Shown: in pieces, positions 48,768 to 58,450 of the stretch
How the letters are laid out: every line of letters begins with the position of its first letter
Numbering within the stretch: position 1 is the first letter of the stretch
DNA from: Prorocentrum cordatum
Lineage: Eukaryota
Direction: 5' to 3'
Assembly: GCA_963575745.1 (NCBI GenBank)
Contig: CAUYUJ010000330.1
Location: 1 to 64,000 of the forward strand
DNA: 64,000 bases
Made by a program: the position numbers and the translations under genes
The notes under the pieces: generated by a model
Seen by the model: only the letters and a program-made list of their open reading frames with translations
The model's database searches: none
What the model was told of the DNA's origin: nothing

Positions 48768-51700
48768 GAACAGGACGACCTCTTCGTGCGCTGCCGGATG
48801 GGCATCTTCACCCTGGAGGAGATCGTCCAGCAGGCTGAGGCCCTGGAGAAGCGCTACGGGGCAATTGCGTGGCGCCTGATCTACCTGCTCAGGACTATGC
48901 CAGACATCCTCTGCGAGAGCGTCCCTGTCGAGTGGAGCGGCGCCCCCTGGCAGTCAGTCGGAGGCAGCGGCACGCCGCTCGGCGAGATGGATCACGCCTC
49001 GACGCTCGAGTACCAGCGCGTCTTGCAGGAGCGGCTCGAGCGCAACGGGGGCCGCGATCTCGTCATGGACGCAGAAGCCCGGAGGAGGAGGGATTTCCCC
49101 GAGGAGTTCCCCGCCAGCGGGAGGACTACCGCGCCGAGCTTCGAAACGCCGCCGCCGAAGGAGAGGTTCGAGGCAGAGGCCGCGGTGGCGCAGGTGCACG
49201 CGGAGGACGGCTGCGATCGCCATCGTGGTCGACGGGGTCAGGGCGGTTCAGACAAGCTGCTGCCCTCCTTCCACCTCAGGGCGAGCTTCGACCACCTCGA
49301 ACTCCCGCACGCTCAGTGCGCGTTCACCGCGGCGCAGGTGGAACTGTATCATCTGTCCAGACGCATGACTCACGACCAGTTCCTGCGGGAGAAGGGCATC
49401 CTGGAGCAGGTGGCCAGCAGGAGGGCAGTGTTGCTGGCGTGGCTGCTCTGGGAGGAAGGCTGTTGGAAGCCCGACTTTGATGCCCGAGCGAAGCGTTTCC
49501 TGGCGGCGGTGGGTCGCCCTCTCGCGGCAGGCGGCTCGCGGGGGCCCGCGGGCGGCGCGCCGCGGCTCGTGGATGACGAGCTCTCGCAGGAAGAGAAGAG
49601 GATGAGGACGGTGTCCGCGGTCAAGCAGTCGTTGGAGTACGTGGAAATGCAACTGAGGTGCAGCACCGGGGAGCTGGACGAGGAGGACAGGCCCGCGACC
49701 CCGGACCCCGCCCTGCCGCACGTCAGCAAGCGGGATTGGGAGAAGAGTGTGCAGCAGTGGCGCCATGCCACATCGCGAGCACTGGCCGCAACCCCGGTGG
49801 ACGCTGCGGCGCTTGCGGCGGTGGGCCGACTTGGCGCTTGGACGACGGAATCGCCTCCAATTTTGCGCGGCGTCGATGTGCTTACCCAGAGCGGCAACTG
49901 CATTGTGCAATCGTACGCCGTTGTGACGGGCGATTTCCGCGGCGCCATCGAGTACTGCCAGCAGCGTCCCGTGCGCCGCGGCGCGACGCGTCTGTACGCC
50001 GACGTCGCCGCCCATTTCAACTTTTCCTTGGGATTCGCGGGCTTGGAGGTCGCGCAAGACGGGCGACATGCGCTCCGCCCTGGGCTGTACTTCTTCCACA
50101 TCCGTCTTCATTGCCGCCCCGTGGTTGTCCCGCCCGAGAGCGAGCTGGCCTGCGTGTGGAGAGGCTACGAGCGGATCTTCATAAGGATAGCAACCCTGGC
50201 GCGCAAGGTGGACGAGATCGGCGGGCAGCTCCTGTTCATCGATGGTGGCTGGCGTTTTCCCGTGTGCGCAGGTCTGCGCGCTGGCGGCGGGCCCGGCGCC
50301 GAGGACGAGCTTGCCCCGGTGGGCAACGAGGCGGGGGGGGCGGGAAGCGCCCCCCCCCTGCAGCTGACGCAGGAGCTGAGCAGGATTCTCCCGCCAGGGG
50401 TGGGGGAAGATCGCCCCCGCCAGGCCGGCGACGGCGCGGCGGCCGCGGAGGAGGAGCGCAAGGCGTCCGCCGCCGGCACCCGGCCCGGCGACGGCGCGGC
50501 CGCCGCGGAGGGGGAGGAGGAGCGCGAGGCGTTTGCCGCCGGCAGCCAGGCTGGCGAGGGCGAGGCGTCTGCCGCCGGCCCGAGCGCGTCGCCCCCTCTC
50601 CCCGACGACGACATGGCAGGCGCGTTCGAGAAGCCAAAGGAAAAGCCGCCCGCGCATAGCCTGACGGAGCACCTCGACAAGCACCTCGGGAAGCACGTCG
50701 GCATGGCCAACAAGAACGAGGTCATTCTCAAATATCTGGTGGACCTTGATTTGAGCGTGGACAACAGCATGCTTCTCCAGGCGGAATGCGTGTACCTCTT
50801 TTTCCAGTCTGAGGAGCGCAGCCTCCTGTACCACATCAGCCACGGCGCATGGTACACGTGGGGCGAGCAGGGCTGGACGCAGAAAGACGGCTCGAACCGC
50901 GTCATGGAGTTCATGCAGACGGGGTTCTTGAAGGCCGCGAGGGATGTTCGGAAGCTCGCGAGGCAGCGGCAATGCTTCCCGCCGACCGCCGACGGTGAGG
51001 AGCACATCCGCACGGCGTTCCTGGACAAGCTCGTCGCGGCGGTGGAGGGCAAGGGCACCGTGAAGGCGTTGATGGACCAGTGCGCCATATTCTTCAAGCT
51101 GGATCCCGTGTTCGACGCGAACCCAGATATTCTGCAGTGCCGCAACTGCGTGCTCGATCTGGCGAAGAATTGTTTCAGGGAGTCCCGTCCGTCGGACATG
51201 ACGAACAGAAGCTCCTCCGTGGCGATCCCGAAGGAGTGGTTGGAGGACCCGTCCCTGGTCATGCCGCAGTCGCTCGGGCAGAGGACCATGGTCTGGAATT
51301 CGCTCTGGAGCATCTGGAAGAGAGGCGAGGGCGGCTTCCACCCGGGCGACCACTTCGACGAGTTGGGGGATTGCGACAGAGAGAATTTCGAGTTCTTCAT
51401 TTCTCTCGTGGCGCGCCTCCTGGAAGGCCGCCCGCTCCAGAAGGTGGTCATGCCGTTCTCCGAGCGCGGGCGGAACAGCAAGGGGTTGTTGGAGAAGATG
51501 CTGGAGAGCGTGTTCGGGAGCTACTATGCCCCCGTCAAGAACACGATCTTCTTGGAGGAGCGGCGCACGGAGGACGAGCACAACGCGGGCGCGCTGGATC
51601 GCCAGGGGGCGCGCATAGCGGCCACGAACGAGCCGCCCGAGCAGCCGTGGAGCAATTCGACCTTCAAGAACAAGGTCTCCCGCGACAAGGTGCCGTGCCG

Positions 51701-54700
51701 CGGTTGCAACAGCAAGGTCGTGGAGAAGCATTCGCCCACGTACACGTTCCTGTTCTCGACGAACGGCCCGGTGCGCTTTGCCGTCCCCCCGAAGAACTCG
51801 GAGAAGGATCGGATCTTGGTGCTGAGAATGCCGAACAAGTTCGTGGACGACGGCGACAAGTTCACGTCGCCGAGACAGTTCCGCAAGGACCCCAAGATCG
51901 AGGACCGGGCCATGAGCGAGGACTTCGGGCTCGGGTTCCTGTTGATCCTCGTGCAGCGCAGGCAGAAAGTGCAGGACCTCGACGAGCTGGTGGGTCGCGG
52001 CACGAAGACCAGTCGCTTCTGGGTGGAGAAGTGGTTCAGCGCCGAGCAGACGGGCGACGAGCCGGCGGCGGCGTCCGCGCCGCCATCCGCCGAGGTGACC
52101 GAGCAAGCAGTGCAGACGTGCAAGGAGGATCACGCGAGGTTGTCGGTGAAAGGCGCGGGCCGCGTTGTGCCCGAGTGGGAGATCGTAAAGGACGATCCAG
52201 TCAACAGGGGCAAAAGGAGCGAGCGTTTTTTGGAATTGCAGAAAGTCATGAGGAATGCCGGCAGAGTCGGGGCGACCCTGATGAGGGTGACGTCTTTCGT
52301 GTCCCGGAAGAAGCACTCCCAAAAGGCCATAGAGCTGCTGCCGCTGGACGTGGCATTGTACGACGCGATCTTCTCCGACGCGGACGTCTTCGGGTCGTTG
52401 AGCTCGTACGCGTATCCCCCCTTCCACGATTCCTTCGCACAGAAAGACGGGTGCCTGGCTTTCGCCGAAACGCCTGACTCGGCGCGCCCCCCGTCGCCTG
52501 CCCACGCCCTCGTGTACCGCGTGCCCTCTCTCGTCCACCTGGCGGGCCTGTCTGCCGAGGCCTCGAGAATGGCGGCCGACCCCAATGTCTCTCCAGAAGA
52601 CCGCAACAGGTGCTCGTCGTGGTTGCAGCGCGCCAGGGAGGAGGGGCAGGAAACGCAGGTGGGCCCGTCGTGCTTCCAGTGGCTCGACGAGGAGTACAGC
52701 CAGCTCGACGGCGTCGGTAGGGCGTATGCCCCCGGACACAGTTGCCAAGCAGCTCGTCGCTCGGCGCGCGCATCCAGCTGGGGTGACTTGCCGGTCGTGG
52801 AATGGGACTTCCGCGTGGCTGCTTACTCGCGCCTGCTGTGGGAGCTGCGCCAGGTCGCTCCGCCGGAGGAGGGCGAGGGGGCGCGCTTCGACCAGATCGA
52901 GAGGTACGTCGCATCGCCGACTCCGTGGCGAGAAAAGATCGCCGAGTATTACGGCATCAGCGTGGGCGAGGCCAAGCAGCTGTTGAACCGCCTGGTGTAT
53001 CCTCGAGGCAGGTGCCGGCCGAACGAGGAGTGGGAGCCTGGCGCCGGGGACAGGGGCTCTCATGTACTGCCGTGCGTGCTGGAGCTTCGGCATCAACTGG
53101 CTGGAGCAGTTACCGTGATCGCGGCGAAGTCCGCGCGGTTCCAGCACATCGCGAGCATGGAGAAGACGAAGAGCGCTGAGCACCCCGAGTCCACCGCCAT
53201 CGCTCTGTTCCTGCAGGACTCCGAGAATGTGGCGCTGGGGCAACTGCTGGAATTCCAGAGCTACCACAACATCCAGCCCGTGTGCCTGTGCTTCGACGCC
53301 ATCTACTTCGTCCCGCCGCCGTTCCTGCTGGCGGGCGACCGGCTGGAGCAGCTCACGCGGACGGCGTCGGACGCCATGTTCGCCGCCGCCGGCGTCCGCA
53401 TCAAGCGCGCGCGCGCCTCCAGGGAGCTGTCCGACCAGGACGACGCGTCGGCGAGCCTGGCCTTCTACTTGAACTCGCTCGTGCGCCGACGACTGGCGGC
53501 GCCCCAGAGATCCACGTGCGTGGGCGTGCCCTCCGAGGAGCCGCCGGCGAAGCGGTCCAGGCTCACCGGCAAGCGGACTCCACAGGCCGCCGCCGCTGCT
53601 GCCAACGAGGCCGTCTACGCTCAGTGCATGGCAGCAGGGCACAATTGCGTTCCGTGGTCGTTCCTCGCGCTGTCCAAGAACCTCGTGCACTCCCAGAAGT
53701 TCCTCGAGTTTGCCTTCTCTCCTGGCCCCCACAACTACGCCGACGCGGTCGACGCGGCACAGGATTTCCATTCGTTGGACGTCGTGGACAACAACGACCT
53801 GCAGTCCCTCGAGCCGGGCGGATACATGTTGCACGCTCGCGGGGATCCTGGCCACGCCACCCCGCTGGTGATCGCCGCCAACGAGCAGCCCGTGATTCTA
53901 CTGCCAGGCGCGGGAGGCGTTCCCGAGCCCTGCGTCGTGGACCTTGCCGCGCAGCGCTGCGACATCGCCTGGGCATTCCGCGGCCCCGCGACCGACGGGC
54001 GCGACGTGCGCTCGGGCGACGGCCTGCTCGAGATGGCCGGCGCCGACGACGAGGGCGAGGTCGCGCTCCCCGTCGTTGACGACGAGGGCGAGGACGGCCA
54101 GGGCGAGGAGGGCGACGACGAGATGAAGGAGGGTGATCGAGCGTTCTGGGAGTCGCTGAAGAGTGAGTGTCGGGAGTACCTGGACCTGCTGAAGGGCGAC
54201 GGCGCGCTGGAGACCTGCGCGTGCAAGAAGTGCGCGTTCCGTGCGTTTACGGAGAGGAGGTACCTGCGACACCACGTGGAGACTTACCACACGGAGGAGC
54301 GAAGTTACACGGCGTGCAACACGGACGTGCAGCTGAAGATCGCCCGGGCAATCTTCAACCAGCGCAGGGTATGTTCGATCCTGCAACCGGAGGCATCGCC
54401 CCATGACTTGCTCTCCGCGTCGGCCGCGCTCATCCGCGACTGGGTCGCTCCATCCGAGGAAACGCTCGCAGTGCTGAAACGGTCCAACGAGCTTCCTCTG
54501 GTCACGGTGTGGACGGAAGACGGCGCCGTGATGAAGCTGAAGACCCAGACCGGGCCGACCAGGCGCTTGAGTTTCAAAGTGTATTACACGGCTGGCTTCC
54601 AGGACCTCCTCACGTCGATCGTGCTGCGTCGCAAATTCCACCTTGCTTCCGTCATGCAGGACCTCGCGGCGACCTGGGCAATGAACAATCAAGCGGTGCT

Positions 54701-55910
54701 GCTGTTCGGCAGGCAGGGGTACGAGTCGATCTGCGAGCTCGTGGAGAACATCTTCACCTCGCCCGAGAGCGCTGTCGTGGCAATGAGGAAAAAGGTCCTG
54801 GACGCGGCAGTGGCGAACGGCGAGTTCAAGTGCATCAGCCACGACGCCACGTTCAAGGCCGCGTTCGCGATCATCGGCCAGACCCCCATGTCGCAGAGGG
54901 CTGGAGAAGTGCACGCCCTGCACACATTCGTTGCGCAGTCTGGGTTGTGTCTGGGGTGGAGCGGACAGCGCACGGAGGGGGAGCATGACTTCGCGCAGGC
55001 TCTCGCCGAGCTCTTGCCAGAGGGTGCGATCCCGCAGGTGGAGTACATTCTGTCGGATTCCCCGAGCGAGTACTTCCTCAGCCACTTGCCGAACTGCCGC
55101 GGCGTGGCGGAGGACCCCGTGCATTTATCGATGAGGATCGACGGGTGCACCAACGAACGCAGGACAGCGCTATCTTGGCGAGTCTTGAAGCTGCACAAGA
55201 AATTCCAGCAGCCAGCGCCGCCGGATTGGGAGATCCACCACGGCGAGCCCATGCGCATCCCCGAGTGGGACAGCGTGCGGCTGGGCCGGGCATTCACCGA
55301 TGCCCAGTGGGAGGCCTACCTCGAGAAGCCGTTTACCAGCGTGCGCGAGTACGTCGGGGCCCTCCGGCGCATCGCGCAGACGTACCCGCAGACGTTGACC
55401 CGCAAGGATCTGAAGGGGGTGACCGTGCTGCAGCACCTGCAGCGCGCGGGCTCGCACTTTTTCTACACGCAGAACGTGGCCGTTTTCAGGCGCCTGCACC
55501 CGGGCGCATTGATGAACACGATGCGGAACGAGGCCATCCATCGACAGGTCAAGGACTGGGGGCGCTGCGTGCACCAGTGCCATCGCGAGCGCGTCGTCCT
55601 CGCGGGCAAGATCTTCGGCGTCTACAAGGCGCTCGCGCACTCGTGCCAGCCATGCACCGTGTCTCTCCGCGAGGGGTGGAGGGTCGCGCTGATCGCGGGC
55701 GCGCTCTCGAAGGGCTTAACGCCGCAGTTCCAGAGTGGCGGCCCAGTCGCCATCCGGGACCGCGATCAGCTGCGCACGCCCGTGATAGCATTGTCCAGCG
55801 CGGACGCAGAGCGCCGCGCAGACCGCCGCGCATCCAAGAGGGAGCGCGCAGCGGACCAGCGCGCCATTCACGAGAGCCGCAAGGCCGCCAGGCGCACCAG
55901 GCTGGGTTGA
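48768..55910 (+). CDS. Giant mobile-element polyprotein (about 2380 aa): SLBP-like, papain-like 1, D5/SF3 helicase, PolA-like (TV-Pol), papain-like 2, C2H2, Zisupton/KDZ-like DDE transposase
   Basis: Uninterrupted 7.1-kb ORF with strong G/C third-position bias. D5_N-like WYTWGEQGW and FDANPDILQCRNCVLDL; Walker A-like ERGRNSKG (about 51462); Walker B-like AATNEP (about 51620); motif C FSTNG (about 51753); DRILVL. Polymerase motifs GRAY, WDFRVAAY, AKQLLNRLVYPRG, LQDSE, CFDAIY (52716-53306). Finger CKKC..HHVETYH (about 54220-54290). DDE motifs SHDATFK (54837), ILSDSP (55050), EDPVHL (55110), RNEAIH (55524). A polypyrimidine-CAG acceptor precedes 48768. Confidence 0.85.
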   Translation, partial: EQDDLFVRCRMGIFTLEEIVQQAEALEKRYGAIAWRLIYLLRTMPDILCESVPVEWSGAPWQSVGGSGTPLGEMDHASTLEYQRVLQERLERNGGRDLVMDAEARRRRDFPEEFPASGRTTAPSFETPPPKERFEAEAAVAQVHAEDGCDRHRGRRGQGGSDKLLPSFHLRASFDHLELPHAQCAFTAAQVELYHLSRRMTHDQFLREKGILEQVASRRAVLLAWLLWEEGCWKPDFDARAKRFLAAVGRPLAAGGSRGPAGGAPRLVDDELSQEEKRMRTVSAVKQSLEYVEMQLRCSTGELDEEDRPATPDPALPHVSKRDWEKSVQQWRHATSRALAATPVDAAALAAVGRLGAWTTESPPILRGVDVLTQSGNCIVQSYAVVTGDFRGAIEYCQQRPVRRGATRLYADVAAHFNFSLGFAGLEVAQDGRHALRPGLYFFHIRLHCRPVVVPPESELACVWRGYERIFIRIATLARKVDEIGGQLLFIDGGWRFPVCAGLRAGGGPGAEDELAPVGNEAGGAGSAPPLQLTQELSRILPPGVGEDRPRQAGDGAAAAEEERKASAAGTRPGDGAAAAEGEEEREAFAAGSQAGEGEASAAGPSASPPLPDDDMAGAFEKPKEKPPAHSLTEHLDKHLGKHVGMANKNEVILKYLVDLDLSVDNSMLLQAECVYLFFQSEERSLLYHISHGAWYTWGEQGWTQKDGSNRVMEFMQTGFLKAARDVRKLARQRQCFPPTADGEEHIRTAFLDKLVAAVEGKGTVKALMDQCAIFFKLDPVFDANPDILQCRNCVLDLAKNCFRESRPSDMTNRSSSVAIPKEWLEDPSLVMPQSLGQRTMVWNSLWSIWKRGEGGFHPGDHFDELGDCDRENFEFFISLVARLLEGRPLQKVVMPFSERGRNSKGLLEKMLESVFGSYYAPVKNTIFLEERRTEDEHNAGALDRQGARIAATNEPPEQPWSNSTFKNKVSRDKVPCRGCNSKVVEKHSPTYTFLFSTNGPVRFAVPPKNSEKDRILVLRMPNKFVDDGDKFTSPRQFRKDPKIEDRAMSEDFGLGFLLILVQRRQKVQDLDELVGRGTKTSRFWVEKWFSAEQTGDEPAAASAPPSAEVTEQAVQTCKEDHARLSVKGAGRVVPEWEIVKDDPVNRGKRSERFLELQKVMRNAGRVGATLMRVTSFVSRKKHSQKAIELLPLDVALYDAIFSDADVFGSLSSYAYPPFHDSFAQKDGCLAFAETPDSARPPSPAHALVYRVPSLVHLAGLSAEASRMAADPNVSPEDRNRCSSWLQRAREEGQETQVGPSCFQWLDEEYSQLDGVGRAYAPGHSCQAARRSARASSWGDLPVVEWDFRVAAYSRLLWELRQVAPPEEGEGARFDQIERYVASPTPWREKIAEYYGISVGEAKQLLNRLVYPRGRCRPNEEWEPGAGDRGSHVLPCVLELRHQLAGAVTVIAAKSARFQHIASMEKTKSAEHPESTAIALFLQDSENVALGQLLEFQSYHNIQPVCLCFDAIYFVPPPFLLAGDRLEQLTRTASDAMFAAAGVRIKRARASRELSDQDDASASLAFYLNSLVRRRLAAPQRSTCVGVPSEEPPAKRSRLTGKRTPQAAAAAANEAVYAQCMAAGHNCVPWSFLALSKNLVHSQKFLEFAFSPGPHNYADAVDAAQDFHSLDVVDNNDLQSLEPGGYMLHARGDPGHATPLVIAANEQPVILLPGAGGVPEPCVVDLAAQRCDIAWAFRGPATDGRDVRSGDGLLEMAGADDEGEVALPVVDDEGEDGQGEEGDDEMKEGDRAFWESLKSECREYLDLLKGDGALETCACKKCAFRAFTERRYLRHHVETYHTEERSYTACNTDVQLKIARAIFNQRRVCSILQPEASPHDLLSASAALIRDWVAPSEETLAVLKRSNELPLVTVWTEDGAVMKLKTQTGPTRRLSFKVYYTAGFQDLLTSIVLRRKFHLASVMQDLAATWAMNNQAVLLFGRQGYESICELVENIFTSPESAVVAMRKKVLDAAVANGEFKCISHDATFKAAFAIIGQTPMSQRAGEVHALHTFVAQSGLCLGWSGQRTEGEHDFAQALAELLPEGAIPQVEYILSDSPSEYFLSHLPNCRGVAEDPVHLSMRIDGCTNERRTALSWRVLKLHKKFQQPAPPDWEIHHGEPMRIPEWDSVRLGRAFTDAQWEAYLEKPFTSVREYVGALRRIAQTYPQTLTRKDLKGVTVLQHLQRAGSHFFYTQNVAVFRRLHPGALMNTMRNEAIHRQVKDWGRCVHQCHRERVVLAGKIFGVYKALAHSCQPCTVSLREGWRVALIAGALSKGLTPQFQSGGPVAIRDRDQLRTPVIALSSADAERRADRRASKRERAADQRAIHESRKAARRTRLG

Positions 55911-57059
55911 TAGATGCGCGCTCCTGCGAGTTGCCCCTGCCATAGTGCAGCAGTGCAGGACACCTGATGCGCGCACGCCCCGCGTCCATCCTCTCTGCGG
56001 AGGACGCAGCGCTGTTGCCGCCTGTTTCGCTTCCCTGCGCATACAACCGTCATCATCGCCATGTGCAAAGAGCGCTTCTCCTCCACCAAACTCACTATGA
56101 TGGAAACCATTGATTTTCGAATGTTTTCCCGTGCGAACGCGGCATAATCATCAAAAACACATAGGAAATACACAAAAATCTTAACCATCAGCGACCAGCT
56201 CAGAGCGGAAGCCGGCGCGAAAGAAGTGTTTGATCACATAAACCATTAAAAACACATGGGTTTTTGCATATTCAGGCGAGTTCGCACGGGGAAAAATTGA
56301 ATATTGTTGGTATATGCGCCTTCAATATATACGTTCCACAAGAAGAATCATCTAGACCGTTATATTCACAAATGATGTGAATATCTGTCCGCGGCGCGGC
56401 GTGCTCTGAGAAGATCGCCTTGCCGGCGCGGCCGCCAATTCCCGGACTTCCGACGTTGCGACTTGTTCATGCCGCAGCGGTTACCCGCGGCTCTCGACCT
56501 CGCTTCCGGGGGAGATATTTTCGTCGCGGATCTTTGCAAAGTCGGATGTTTGGGATTTACGGAAGCACAAGCAGGGCGATCGCAATCCCCATCCTCCTCC
56601 TCGTCCTCTTCCTCGCGCTTCCGCCTCTCGCCCTCCCCCTCGCTCTTCTCCCTCCTTTGGACCCACCCTTAGATTTTAATTTCCGGAGGCCGCTTTTGGG
56701 CTCCAGGGCCGTCGAACAACAAATATCCGGAACGGGGGATTACCTCTGATGGACTCCAGAAAAGCCCCTGGCGCAGATTTTAAGGGGATGGCGGCCCAAA
56801 GAGGGAGTAAGAGGAATATGAGGAGGAGAAGGAGGCGGTGTACTGGGACGACGAGGAGGAGCAGGGCGAGGAGGACGAGGAGGACGAGGAGGAGAAGGAA
56901 CAGGAGTAGGAGTAAGAGGAGAAGGAGGAGGGGGAGGAGGAGGAGGAGGGTATATATTGGAAGCAGGGCATTCACGCCATCGCGAAGCCAACCGGCCGCG
57001 CGGGCGACTCGTCCGTCGCCAGGGCGAGGAGGAGGATGGGGGCACACCAAAGTGGATAA

Positions 57060-58450
57060 TTTTATGTACACGTATGTTTATTATATATGTATGTATATGT
57101 GCACTGCATGTGTACGCACACATATGCATATGTATACATGTATTGCATGTGTGATAGCCACGACAATACACATTGCCACGTACATTACATCATTATACTC
57201 ATGTGTATACATACATGCATGCATTTGCTATTCAATTATATGAACAATATACCTTTTATACGTGTCAGTACACAAAGGTGCATGTTTATGTATATGTGTG
57301 TATATGTATATCAGTGTGTTTACTCGTGGACTTATATTATGTGTTTGTGCACGTACACATACTTATGTGAACACTTATATGTGAATTCACACATCCACGC
57401 ATATGCACATACATCGGTCCTAAAAATACACATATATTATATACGCATATGTACACATGTTATACGTTTATGAGCACTGCGTGCATATCTTATTTTCGTT
57501 TACACACAAGCAATGGCACACATGCTCATATACATGTTCGTATATGTGTATAGTTACTAGTGCATGTGTATATATATATTCAAATATGTTTAAAGTGTCT
57601 GTATGTGTTTTTTTGCAAAGGATTCATTCATCTAGTTATACATACATGCATATGTATTAAGTATACACGCTACAACGCACGCGTACAAATACACATATCC
57701 GAATGTGCCAGCGCAATCATCCGCCTGTTTCTTTTTATCATGAACAAACGCACACACATATACATATATATATATATTCGTTTGTTTTTATATACAAACA
57801 TGTGTTTGTATATTTTACACGCACACATATATTTAACTACACGCATGTTCACAAGTTCGTATGTATAGGTGTGTAGAAATGAGTACACACACATACACAT
57901 ACATATATATACAGGGTTCACACACATACATATATATGAATATATATATATATATATGTATATGTAAATATAGGTAGTACGCACATATATATATATGTAT
58001 ATATATGAATATAATTATAATATATGTCATATGTATGTGTGTATGCTTAGAACATACACATACATATATATATATATACGCAAACATACATACATGCATG
58101 TATATGTTTAAAGTATACACGCTGCAAATACACAGACAGACTCCGAATGTGATAGCGCGCGCCTAGAGATGAGTACACACACATACACATATATATATAT
58201 ATATACAGGGTGCACACACATACATATATATATATGACTATATATATATGAATATGTAAATAAATGTAGTACGCACACACATATATATGTATATATATGA
58301 ATATAATTATAATATATGTCATATGTATGTGTGTATGCTTAGAACATACACATACATATATATATACAATCATACATACATGCATGTATATGTTTAAAGT
58401 ATACACGCTGCAAATACACATACAGACTCCGAATGTGATAGCGCGCGCCT
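57060..58450. repeat. AT-rich alternating purine/pyrimidine region with a tandem duplication of about 290 bp (about 57878-58163 and 58167-58450)
   Basis: Both copies end in gactccgaatgtgatagcgcgcgcct. Confidence 0.9.

Larger units (their letters stand above)
47283..56293 (+). mobile_element. Core of a candidate self-synthesizing DNA transposon, bounded by inverted 170-bp modules; the element may extend left to about 42.3 kb
   Basis: 56124-56293 is an imperfect reverse complement of 47283-47452 (tttcccgtgcgaactcgc..aaaaacccatgtg..ttatggttttttgatgatt..gcgagttcgcacggg). The modules enclose the replication and transposase ORF. No long (CCT)n tract occurs from 42.3 to 56.6 kb. Confidence 0.6.

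Noticed and set aside
49194..49279. Possible GT-AG intron within the polyprotein ORF
   Set aside because: It is 86 nt long, so splicing would shift into a frame that soon terminates, while the unspliced frame stays coding-like.
49248..53855. 1535-aa antisense ORF
   Set aside because: A shadow of the G/C third-position-biased sense ORF, with no motifs of its own.
48768..55910. Classification as a Polinton/Maverick or Helitron
   Set aside because: No PolB, retroviral-type integrase, capsid, packaging ATPase, HUH or PIF1 motifs were recognised.
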